Shown in pieces: positions 29,602-38,944 of a stretch of DNA of 64,000 nucleotides. Numbering within the stretch: the stretch's first letter is position 1; the number at the start of each line of letters is the position of its first letter. Source of the DNA: Limisphaerales bacterium (GTDB taxonomy: Bacteria > Verrucomicrobiota > Verrucomicrobiia > Limisphaerales > AAA164-E04); NCBI GenBank assembly GCA_965204945.1, contig OZ242022.1, positions 2,138,369-2,202,368 on the forward strand. Reading direction: 5' to 3'. The position numbers were made by a program, and so were the translations under genes. The notes under the pieces are model-generated. The model searched no databases. It was not told the DNA's origin and saw only the letters and a program-made list of their open reading frames with translations.

Positions 29602-30433
29602 TTAAAAACCAAAACCCTTAATCGTATCGAAACTGACCACCTGCAATCCGTTGAAACTCGACGTGACTACAGTGCTGCTTGCTATAAAAAAGGGATCACC
29701 ATAATAATACTCGCCGAGACTGTTGACGGTAAAATTGGTGACGGCGTAAGGTAAGGTGCCTTACCCTCTCCATGAGATTGCGTCTCCGGATGAATATCTC
29801 AAATTCGATATCTTCACGCGAATGTCTAAAATATAGGATCCTTGCCCTTTCAAAGAAGGAATATAGGACAGATTAATTCTATTGATGGTTCCAGTGCCAA
29901 ACGGAGTAATGATCCGCGGCAGCAAGTTGGGGTTGGCCTTCAAGGTGAAGAAGTTCGTTAATTGCCGGCCTGGATGGCCTCTGAATTCGAAACAGGCAGA
30001 AAATTCTCTTTTGATTTGCTTGTCGTTAAAATGGTCGGAGGCGGGCCTTTGTTTACGGGATGCCGCTCGTGGAGAGGGTAGTTTTCCCAAAGAAAGGAAA
30101 GAAAGGAATTTCGCCGCGTTTTCTTCGAAATTTGCGATTGGCGGGAACGATGCTCTAGTTGACGGACAAAAAGTCCTTCTTCTGCGCGGCGTTTTCCTCC
30201 CAACACTTGCGGATTTCCATTTTTGAGGTATCATGAGGCAACGAGTTTGTTGCGGACAAATTACCGGCGAAGGAGAGGCCGAAGGCGAGGATGCCTAGAA
30301 AGAAGTTTTGAAAAAATTGAAAATTGAGAAGCCGGTGGAATCGAGGTTCCTTTTGCGGAAATATTTTCAGGGAGGCGAGGTGGGAAGATTTGCAAGCGCC
30401 CGACGGCGCAAGGTTTAGGCGGAGGGGCCGCAA
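29602..30433 (-). pseudogene. outer-membrane beta-barrel-like gene with a frameshift and an in-frame TAA
   Basis: Signal-like FFLGILAFGLSFAGNLSA, alternating beta-strand pattern, and a terminal ...TIKGFGF. TAA at 29761-29763 is in frame; there is a frame change near 30155-30234. Confidence 0.4.
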
Positions 30434-30448
30434 ATTGTTGTAGTTTTT

Positions 30449-30856
30449 ATGGCGTCAAACAAAATTCCTTCCGGCGCGCGATTGGCAAGCTCTCTTCGTT
30501 TTGACGGCGTGACTAGGTTTTCCGAGACTTCTTGGACGCCGAACACGGATATTTTCCTCGACGAGGAAAGTTTGGTGATTCAGGTGGAAGTGGCGGGAAT
30601 GCGGCCGGAAGACCTTCATATCAAGGCGGAGGGCAATCGGCTTTGTGTGACGGGCAGTCGATCCCCGGAACGTCTTAACCGCCCTGCCCGATGCAAGTTC
30701 ATTGTCATGGAAATCCATTTCGGCGACTTTCGTTTTTACATCGACCTGCCCAAGGGCTATGATCTGAGCCGGGCGGATGCCAAATATCACAACGGCATTC
30801 TGCGCGTGGAAGCTCCTATCGCCGGACGGTCAAACTCTGAAGAGGGGAAAAAATAG
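30449..30856 (+). CDS. Hsp20/alpha-crystallin small heat-shock protein
   Basis: WTPNTDIF..EESLVIQVEVAGM..EDL.I...GN.L.V.G.R ... NGILRVEAP. Confidence 0.9.
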   Translation: MASNKIPSGARLASSLRFDGVTRFSETSWTPNTDIFLDEESLVIQVEVAGMRPEDLHIKAEGNRLCVTGSRSPERLNRPARCKFIVMEIHFGDFRFYIDLPKGYDLSRADAKYHNGILRVEAPIAGRSNSEEGKK

Positions 30857-30899
30857 CGTCCGACGGTTTTGCGCGCGCCGCCAGAGCGGAAGACTTCAA

Positions 30900-33275
30900 A
30901 TGATACCAGTCAATAAAGAGGCCTCCGGTGCTTTGGAAGTTTCCATAAACCCGGAACTGCCCGAAACAGCGGCCAAAGAAAGCGCTCCCCAAAAAATCCC
31001 CGTCTTAGGGCTTTCGGACATCGTCGTCTTCCCCGGCATGGTTACTCCGTTGCTCATCGAATCCCCCGAAGGAGGCCAACTCATTAACGACGTTTTAGCC
31101 GGAAACCGTTTTCTTGGGCTGGTGCTCCAAAAAAACGCGGAGGCCGAGAATCCCGCCCCACAAGACCTTTACGACTACGGATGCCTCGCCCGCATTCAGA
31201 AAATGGTGAAAGGCTCCGACGAATCCGTGAGAATTCTAATTGAAGGGCTGGACCGTTTCAAAATTAAACGATACGTCGCCATCGATCCCTATCTCGTAGC
31301 CACGCTGACGACTCTGCCCAGCCGTGCCGAAAACTCCCCGGAAATGACCGCCTTGATCCGCACCGCCAAAAGCCAATTTGAAAAAATCGCCGAACTATCC
31401 AACTCCCTCAACGAAGACGCCATACTGGCGATCCTCAAACGCGAAAATCCAGCCGTCATGGTCGACCTTATGGCGGGCAACCTTAACCTCTCCTTGCCAG
31501 ACCAACAAACGTTGTTGCAAACTCCCGACGTCAAAGACCGTTTTAAGAGGCTGCTTCCCCAACTTGGCAGAGAACTGGAAGTGCTAATCCTCCGCTCGAA
31601 AATTCAGGAAGAAGTCTCCGCTTCCATGTCGAAAAGCCAACGCGACTGCTTTCTCCGCGAACAAATCCGCGCCATCCAAAAAGAACTGGGCGAATCCGAT
31701 CCCGCCGCCGCTGAAATCCTCCGGCTCCGCAAACAAGCCGACGACCAAGGATTAGAACCCGAAGCCAAAGACGTTTGCCTGCGGGAACTCGACCGCCTTC
31801 AACATACCCCCCCATCCTCCACCGAATACACCGTCGCCCGAAGTTACATTGAATGGCTTGTTGAACTGCCCTGGAAAAAATCCACCCAAGACAAACTGGA
31901 CCTAAACGAAGCCGCAAAAATCCTCGACTCCCAACACCACGGTCTCAACCAAGTCAAAGAACGTCTCCTCGAATTTCTGGCCGTCCTCAAACTCAAACAA
32001 CACCTCAAAGGCCCCATCCTCTGCCTAGTTGGCCCGCCCGGCGTGGGCAAAACCTCCCTCGGAAAAAGCGTGGCCGACGCCCTCGGACGCCGCTTCGCCC
32101 GCATTGTGTTAGGCGGAATGCGAGATGAGGCAGAAATCCGCGGCCACCGCCGAACCTACGTCGGCGCCTTGCCGGGACGAATCATGCAAGCCCTCCGACA
32201 ACTGCAAAGCAACAACCCCGTCATCCTGCTGGACGAATGCGACAAAATGAGCGCCGACGGCCGCGGCGACCCGGCGGCCGCGCTACTGGAAGTGCTCGAC
32301 CCACAACAAAACAAAAGCTTCACCGACCACTACCTCGACGTGCCCTTCGACCTTTCTCGGGTGCTCTTCATCGCCACCGCAAACTGGCTGGACCCCGTTC
32401 CCCACGCCTTGCAAGATCGATTGGAAGTCATCGAACTGCCCAGCTACACCCCAACCGAAAAACAACTCATCGCCAAGCGCCACCTCATCCCACAACAAAT
32501 AGACGAACACGGCCTCCTGAAATCCCAACTGCAACTCAACGGATCCGTTCTGGATCGCCTAATCCACGGCTACACGCGGGAAGCAGGCGTCCGGCAACTA
32601 TGCCGGCAAATCGCCCACGTCGCCCGCAAAGCCGCCCGCCGCATCGCCTGCGGACAATCCACTCCCATCCAAATCGACGCCGACTGGTTGGCCAAACACC
32701 TCGGCCCCGAATGCTATCCTGCCGCCGATGCCAAAACCCCAAACGAATGCGGCGTCGCCTGCGGCCTGGCTTGGACGCCCACCGGCGGCGAAGTCCTCCA
32801 CATTGAAGTTGCACAACTGCCGGGGCGCGAACGCCTCACCCTCACCGGCTCGCTAGGCGACGTCATGAAAGAAAGCGCCCAAACCGCCCTCACTTGCCTG
32901 CGCAGCCAATCCGACATCCTCGGACTTCACATCACGCCCGCAGACATTCACGTTCACGTCCCCGCCGGCGCCGCGCCCAAAGACGGCCCCAGCGCCGGCA
33001 TCGCCATCGCCGTCGCCATCGCATCCCTATTCACTCAACGGCAAATTCGCCCCGCCCTCGCCATGACCGGCGAAGTCAGCCTGCGCGGCCGCATCCTTCC
33101 TGTCGGAGGCATCCGCGAAAAAGCCCTGGCCGCCTTCCGATCCGGCATCACAACCATACTCATCCCCGACCAAAATCGGCACGACTGGCTTGCCGTGCCA
33201 AACGAAGTGCGCAACCGCGTCGCCGTGCGCTTCGTAGAACAAATTGGCGACGCCGTTCGACTCAGCCTCATATGA
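30900..33275 (+). CDS. lon: ATP-dependent Lon protease
   Basis: LON N-domain, Walker A GPPGVGKTS, LLDECDK, and the protease motif KDGPSAGIA. ATG at 30900. Confidence 0.95.
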   Translation: MIPVNKEASGALEVSINPELPETAAKESAPQKIPVLGLSDIVVFPGMVTPLLIESPEGGQLINDVLAGNRFLGLVLQKNAEAENPAPQDLYDYGCLARIQKMVKGSDESVRILIEGLDRFKIKRYVAIDPYLVATLTTLPSRAENSPEMTALIRTAKSQFEKIAELSNSLNEDAILAILKRENPAVMVDLMAGNLNLSLPDQQTLLQTPDVKDRFKRLLPQLGRELEVLILRSKIQEEVSASMSKSQRDCFLREQIRAIQKELGESDPAAAEILRLRKQADDQGLEPEAKDVCLRELDRLQHTPPSSTEYTVARSYIEWLVELPWKKSTQDKLDLNEAAKILDSQHHGLNQVKERLLEFLAVLKLKQHLKGPILCLVGPPGVGKTSLGKSVADALGRRFARIVLGGMRDEAEIRGHRRTYVGALPGRIMQALRQLQSNNPVILLDECDKMSADGRGDPAAALLEVLDPQQNKSFTDHYLDVPFDLSRVLFIATANWLDPVPHALQDRLEVIELPSYTPTEKQLIAKRHLIPQQIDEHGLLKSQLQLNGSVLDRLIHGYTREAGVRQLCRQIAHVARKAARRIACGQSTPIQIDADWLAKHLGPECYPAADAKTPNECGVACGLAWTPTGGEVLHIEVAQLPGRERLTLTGSLGDVMKESAQTALTCLRSQSDILGLHITPADIHVHVPAGAAPKDGPSAGIAIAVAIASLFTQRQIRPALAMTGEVSLRGRILPVGGIREKALAAFRSGITTILIPDQNRHDWLAVPNEVRNRVAVRFVEQIGDAVRLSLI

Positions 33276-33973
33276 AAATCCTGTTCCTTTCCTTTTTGAC
33301 GGGGTTGCTTTCCTTAGATCCCGGCCAACAACTAGCGCAACACATGCGTCAAACCCAACTTCTCAGCGCCGAACCCCTCCAAGGTACTCTTCAAACCAAA
33401 CAACGCCGCGGCCAACGCATTACCCAAGCCATCTGGATACGCCACGCCAACGACAGCCCAACTCACAGCACGTTCACCGTCTCCAGCCCAAACAAAAACA
33501 TCGCCCGCCTCACCATCCTCCACAACCCTCAACAAACCCCTCGCTATTACTTATCCGACAACCCCGGCCAACTTGGACGGCCGCTCTCCCCTCAAGAAGC
33601 CATGTCGTCATTTGCCCACAGCGACTTTTGGCCTGCTGACTTAGGATTAGAATTCTTCTACTGGCCCCAACAAAAAATCCTTCCCAACGTCCGAATCAAA
33701 ATGCGCAAAGGCGTTGCCTGCCAAGTCCTAGAAAGCCGCCTCCAACCCGCCTCCAACTTCGGCTACAACCGCGTCCGCTCTTGGATTTCTCGGGAACATT
33801 TCGGGTTAGTCTACGCCGAAGCCTACAACGCCGAAGGCAAACGCGTCAAAACCTTCGAAGTTTCCGGCCTTCAAAAAATCAACGGCCAATGGAAAGTCAA
33901 AGAGCTTCGCATCCGCAACGAAATCACCAAATCCACCACCAAACTCATCCTACATAACCCCAAACTCAATTGA
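33272..33973 (+). CDS. LolA-like outer-membrane lipoprotein-sorting family protein (tentative)
   Basis: Signal peptide MKILFLSFLTGLL; ATGA overlap with the lon stop. The C-terminal pattern ..AEAYNAEGKRVKTFEVSGLQKINGQW.. recalls the LolA_like family. Confidence 0.5.
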   Translation: MKILFLSFLTGLLSLDPGQQLAQHMRQTQLLSAEPLQGTLQTKQRRGQRITQAIWIRHANDSPTHSTFTVSSPNKNIARLTILHNPQQTPRYYLSDNPGQLGRPLSPQEAMSSFAHSDFWPADLGLEFFYWPQQKILPNVRIKMRKGVACQVLESRLQPASNFGYNRVRSWISREHFGLVYAEAYNAEGKRVKTFEVSGLQKINGQWKVKELRIRNEITKSTTKLILHNPKLN

Positions 33974-34222
33974 CTTTAATTGAACTTCTGATTCCGCCAA
34001 CCAATCCCGCAACCCATCAAAACCATCCCTAAGCCGTCACTAAACCGTTGCAAAACGCTCCCCAAAACCAAAAAACAAACCGCCGCCGCTAACAAAAAAC
34101 GAAGAAAAATCGCTCAATTCAGCAGATTTCATCAAAAAAATCGAAGAAAGACAAAAAAGTTGAGAAAAAAGCTTGCGCTCAAAATGAATTTTTGCTTTTC
34201 TCGCTCTTGTCAGTTCCAAGTG

Positions 34223-34378
34223 GGGCGATTCGCTATCGGGTCTCCCCGCTGGAATATCACAGTTTGGATATGCAATGCGTCGGGAGAGTCGTAATTACCT
34301 TTCCCTGTTGGCTTCGGCAAACAGGTGGAAACTCGCGTGATTTGCTCCGCTTGGAACTGACAATCGGCCTGGACGCGG
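34223..34378 (+). promoter_or_regulatory. conserved structured non-coding leader, copy 2
   Basis: See copy 1. Contains the CCTGTT-G-GC-TTCG-GC-A-AACAGG hairpin at 34304-34325. Confidence 0.7.
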
Positions 34379-34444
34379 GAAGAGGTTTCCCAAAGGCGCC
34401 GGCCAAATCAGAGAATACAAAACAGTTTAGCTACATAGATTCGC

Positions 34445-35857
34445 ATGAAAAAAACAATATTCTTTTCAAAACGGCTTGACGATTCCCCCGAATCGGTCAA
34501 GGATAGCAAGAACAATGACACGCAAACTGCATCGCAAACGACGGCAAACGGCCAAGCGGAGAAGGAATCCCGCTGGACGCGCAAACGCATCGGCCTGCTC
34601 GTCGTCCTTGCGCTCACCTGCATCGCCACTATGCTGACGACAAGCCTCATCGAGCAAGCAGGAGCGGCGTCCGCATCCACAAATCAAATCACGCGACAAA
34701 CTCCGCCCTCCTACCGAAGTAAATCACCTACCACATCCACAAATCGAGTAATTCCACGTAGAAGCAGAAACATCGCGGCTCCATCAAGAGCGATGCCAAC
34801 CAGAACAGCGCGAACCAACCAAGTGCAAACGCCAAGTCGTAGAACAATCCCCGTACCGAATCGAAGTAGAACACGACCAGCCGCAGTTCCTGTGCCAGTC
34901 GTGGTGGTCGCCAAACCCGTTCTCAAAAAAGGCGCTATCGTAGCAGGAAAATGGCTCATCGCCGTTCTTGCCGAATATGGAGTTCACAGCGCACTAGACA
35001 GGGTCTTTCAAAATAACAAAGACCAAGAAGCCTACGTAACCGTCCACGGCGCGCACTGGCTCTCCAATGAGTATTTTTGGAGATCGTCCAGTCCACACAC
35101 ACCTTCGCCTAGAAATGTTTTAACAACAATAGCAACAATGAAAAAAGAAGACGATCCAGAAAGCGCAGAAGGATGGGACGCCTTTAATAATCGCTCCATG
35201 ACGCAGTCGGAAGCAAAAGGCCACATGAAACGCAGGATAGCCAGCACCACAGAAAGCATATGGTCTGCAATAGTGCCTGCAACGACCACCCAGCATGCGC
35301 AAACAATGTTCTTCCCTATCAAAGCAAGAACAGATCATTATGCGGCAGAAGAAGCAAGAATACTCGCATTGTATCGTGCCATGCATCCAACCATAATATT
35401 AACTAAAGGCGGGGAAGACCTTAAAAAATGGAAAGTGGGAAGTTTTGTAATGTTCAGCGATTTCGTCGATCCTCCCCCGATTTTGAAAAAACTCGGAACG
35501 GAAAACGCCATCGACAGCGACGCCAACTATTACAAAGCCAAAGCCAGATGGAAATACCGAGAACTCAATCCAAACGGAACATGGGGGGAATGGCAAGATG
35601 CTGAAAAAACCTTCAGCCAAGAAACCGGGGACGGAATCAAGAGCTGGGATGACCATACCTTCGACTTTGACTTCTGCAAAGATAACCAAGAAATCACCGA
35701 ACCCGAAATCTACAGAGGCATCAAACGATTCATTTCAAAACGGCCCGTTTATGAACAGCGAAGAGCGAGAGGACAAATGAGTCGTGGCGGAAAGTATCGC
35801 TGGGTAAGAGTCGGATGGGAACCGGTGGTGGCTCAGAAGTACCATGACGCCAATTAG
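34445..35857 (+). CDS. hypothetical membrane-anchored basic protein, first gene of cassette 2
   Basis: TM segment IGLLVVLALTCIATML, then a P/R/T-rich linker. NYYKAKARWKY weakly resembles NWYNPRARWRW in 8781-9755. Confidence 0.6.
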   Translation: MKKTIFFSKRLDDSPESVKDSKNNDTQTASQTTANGQAEKESRWTRKRIGLLVVLALTCIATMLTTSLIEQAGAASASTNQITRQTPPSYRSKSPTTSTNRVIPRRSRNIAAPSRAMPTRTARTNQVQTPSRRTIPVPNRSRTRPAAVPVPVVVVAKPVLKKGAIVAGKWLIAVLAEYGVHSALDRVFQNNKDQEAYVTVHGAHWLSNEYFWRSSSPHTPSPRNVLTTIATMKKEDDPESAEGWDAFNNRSMTQSEAKGHMKRRIASTTESIWSAIVPATTTQHAQTMFFPIKARTDHYAAEEARILALYRAMHPTIILTKGGEDLKKWKVGSFVMFSDFVDPPPILKKLGTENAIDSDANYYKAKARWKYRELNPNGTWGEWQDAEKTFSQETGDGIKSWDDHTFDFDFCKDNQEITEPEIYRGIKRFISKRPVYEQRRARGQMSRGGKYRWVRVGWEPVVAQKYHDAN

Positions 35858-35893
35858 GAAAACCGAAACAAAGCAGAAAAGGAGAACATTGAG

Positions 35894-36934
35894 ATGACCA
35901 AAATAGATAAACTCCTTTACGGCGGATTCGCCGTCGTGGCCATCGGCGGCCTAATAACCATGCTGGTGTCCGTTTTCTCGCCATCAAAGCCAGTAGTGGA
36001 AGAATCCGTCGAGCCTCCGCAAACCGAGCAAGCAACGATGAAAACAACTTCGATTGTCAACGAGCCAGCGCAACCAGAAAATGGCACTGGAGAGTACTGG
36101 TTTGACGAGAATGGAAACAAAGTCTGGACCACCCAAGAGCAAATCGCCGAAAGCGATGCTTACGAAGCAGAACTCAAACGGCAAGAAGAAGAGCAAAGAG
36201 CCCTCGATGAAGCGGAGAAAGAATGGTGGGAAAGCAGGCAAGATTGGGTAGACCGATTCCCGTTCGAGCCAACCCCGCATCCAGAGATTACCTACGATCC
36301 TGATGCCTTTCGAGCCAGCCGAGAAATGCGCGATTTGGCTAGAAACCACAGCTTGTTGAAAATGTTCTACGAAAGCTGGGTGCCTTACACCGAAGAGTTC
36401 GAACAACTGCACGACATCATCGAAGAAGAGCTCGGCGAAGTGGGAAGCACGGTGGCTCTCGCTGTAACATTCAGAACGCTCGCAAAATACCACAAAGCGG
36501 CGCAACAATCCCCCGATTCGGTTTACCGAGAAAACGTCCGAGTGGAACTGCCAAAACCAGAACCGGTCAACACAATGGTCGCTCTGGGGCCGGAGTTTTA
36601 CAGCCTCCCCCTAGAAAAACAAATCCAGATAAGTAATGAGCTCATCGACGCCCAAATAGAAGCCATGAGAGCTAATAACACGCAAAAATACGAAGTGCGT
36701 GACGTCACTTGGGCGGAACGAACGGAAAGACTGGCAACGCTCATTATCGGCCCGTTAGTGAACCAGAGAACCGGATGGGAAGGAATTCCCAAAGAACAGG
36801 CAATCGCCATTAGGGATCGCTTAATCAACGAAATCCCGGCGGCGGGTTTCTTGGAACTGCCCGAATTGATTTGGGCTTACAATGGCAAATACATGGGCGA
36901 ATTGAAAGCCGGTGATCCGTTGCTCGTCAAGTAG
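35894..36934 (+). CDS. paralog of 7221-8330 (WxDxFPF...EFEQ...IRDRLIxEI family)
   Basis: TM segment GGFAVVAIGGLITMLV; WVDRFPF, TEEFEQLHDIIEEE, VTWAERTER and AIAIRDRLINEIPAAGF. Confidence 0.7.
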   Translation: MTKIDKLLYGGFAVVAIGGLITMLVSVFSPSKPVVEESVEPPQTEQATMKTTSIVNEPAQPENGTGEYWFDENGNKVWTTQEQIAESDAYEAELKRQEEEQRALDEAEKEWWESRQDWVDRFPFEPTPHPEITYDPDAFRASREMRDLARNHSLLKMFYESWVPYTEEFEQLHDIIEEELGEVGSTVALAVTFRTLAKYHKAAQQSPDSVYRENVRVELPKPEPVNTMVALGPEFYSLPLEKQIQISNELIDAQIEAMRANNTQKYEVRDVTWAERTERLATLIIGPLVNQRTGWEGIPKEQAIAIRDRLINEIPAAGFLELPELIWAYNGKYMGELKAGDPLLVK

Positions 36935-36962
36935 TCCGGCCATCGAAAGTTCACCGTTTCAA

Positions 36963-36993
36963 CCTCGGCAAGACACATCTTGCCGAGGTTTTT
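36963..36993 (+). terminator. rho-independent terminator
   Basis: Perfect 11-bp stem CCTCGGCAAGA/TCTTGCCGAGG, loop CACA, then TTTTT. Confidence 0.85.
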
Positions 36994-37092
36994 CTATGCC
37001 CCCGCCCATCCAACAAAGCCGTCAAGCGCCAACAGCAACGTGTCTACCCACTCCAAGCTGGAAAACTTTTTCAAAAACGAAAACAGGGTTTC

Positions 37093-37911
37093 TTGCAGTT
37101 CGAGCAGTTCTATCGCCTCTTGGAAAAGCGCGGCAGAACCGAAAAGCCGGCCGCCATAGCCAATGCGTTCTCATGTCTTCAGGACTACTACCAAACCTTA
37201 TACTATAATCCCGAAGAAATAGTGCTACAATCCAACGGGGAACCGTCTATGAGGCGGGTGCCCTCTAAATCGGGTGGAAGAGATACTTGGAGGACTGTTA
37301 CATGGAGAGAGCGAGCGGAAAGCTTCAAAGAAGGGATTGTGTCAGCAATAGGCAATCCTAGAGATTGGCCGCCTCAGCATCGCGAGGAATAGCCCGTGGA
37401 ATTCGCTCGCGCCGTAGCCGAAGAGCTAATCCGAGATGTTCCCAACATGGCCGACATCGCTTACGCCGGTTATTTTGCTGGTTCTCACGATAGGAATTAC
37501 AGGCAGTCATTAGAAGGGGAAGATTCTTTGATAACGCCGTATGTGGGGTATCAGGCCGCTTATGAAGAAGTGGAGGCCGAGCTGTACAGACGGCTCGATG
37601 AGGCATGGGTAAAACAAAGAGAAAGGATGCGTCTAAGAGGGATATTAGCGGACGGCACTTTAGTAAATGCGTATGGCGAACTTATCATGGCCAATGCGGG
37701 TTCTTTTGGCAGTTTTATGTCGGATGGCCAAAGGTTTGATTTAGAAGAAATGGAAGGCGGCAGTATTCGCCCGTTTGCCGAAGCCATGAAAGCCTTAGAG
37801 GAGCAGTTTGAAAACACGCCGCTGCAACAGGATTCTAATTCTCCTCAAATCAGCGAGGAAGAACGGCGACTACTAGAAGCCATGCGAATGCTGAAAGAAG
37901 CTGTTGAATAA
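37093..37911 (+). pseudogene. N-terminally truncated paralog of the same family, interrupted by an in-frame TAG
   Basis: FEQFYRLLEK.. and VTWRERAES..HREE-TAG(37390-37392)-PVEFARAVAEELIRDVP. Both ORFs are in the same frame. There is no signal anchor. Confidence 0.55.
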
Positions 37912-38267
37912 CAACAATAACCCAGCCGCCCATCAATAGCTCGCATCCTAGGCAAGGGATCTTCCAGACTAGCGGCCGCCAATTCTTGTTGCCAAGGGTT
38001 TCTATCATGCTGATTTTTCTTCCCGCTTTCTTTTCTTTGTTTTTGCTGTTTTGCGCTTGTTAATTTCCCCAGGATTTTTCTTGGCGTTGGTTTGTGTGGT
38101 TTTTGAATTTTGTTTTGCGCTTGCCGTTGGTTGGATGTCTACAAGGATAGGATTTTATTGAGGTTTGCTTTGCTGTTGCCACGTTCGGCGCAAATGATAT
38201 TTATGGGGAAATCGCGTCATTTATCTTGTGGAAAAAGTCGGACAAGTGGCGGCGATACAAGGCTGAT

Positions 38268-38780
38268 TTAGTCGTCGAGTTCGCCGACGTCCCATTGAAT
38301 TGCGGAGAGGAGGCATTGTTTGGCGAGTTTGCGGATGGTTTCGGTTTTGTCGGCGCGGTTGTCTCTTGCTTCCGAATAAGTTTGTTTTTTGAAGAATTCT
38401 TCTAGGGAAAGCATTAGGATTTTTCGATTGTTTTGGCGGAATCGGCGCAAATCCTGGGCGAGCATGCACCGTTCGGTTAGCTTTATAGGAAGCCAGTGTT
38501 CTTTTCGTAGCCATTGAACAATTCTCCCGGAGCCAAAAATTTTCTTGGCGTAGCAGAAAGTTAGAAGATGCCAAAGGAACTCTGGCGGATCGGGAGCGGA
38601 AGCGTCTTGGATGCAGAAAAATCCTTGTGACTTTAACTTGGCAATCGCAACGCGGGCGGCTTCCCAATGAACGAGGCGATTGTCTGTCTTGCATTCGACG
38701 GCGTTCCAGCTGTCCGCCAAGCATAAATCAGAGGCGGAGAGGCCATTGGTCTGGATGATCTCGCGATTTTCGGAAGCCAT
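38268..38780 (-). CDS. hypothetical protein
   Basis: 170-aa ORF with ordinary composition. No motif recognised. Confidence 0.45.
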   Translation of the reverse strand: MASENREIIQTNGLSASDLCLADSWNAVECKTDNRLVHWEAARVAIAKLKSQGFFCIQDASAPDPPEFLWHLLTFCYAKKIFGSGRIVQWLRKEHWLPIKLTERCMLAQDLRRFRQNNRKILMLSLEEFFKKQTYSEARDNRADKTETIRKLAKQCLLSAIQWDVGELDD

Positions 38781-38944
38781 GTTGCGGATCTTCTCGCTTT
38801 AATGTTACAGAATGGCGACGCTTAAGTAACTTTTGCTTGTACTTCTAACAAGCCGCGCAAAAGTTCCAGAGAAAACTCGGCGAAGGAACGAGAGGCTAGC
38901 GCGCGTTCTCAAAATCTCTGCCGGCCGCTGTCTGTCAGCAGCGT

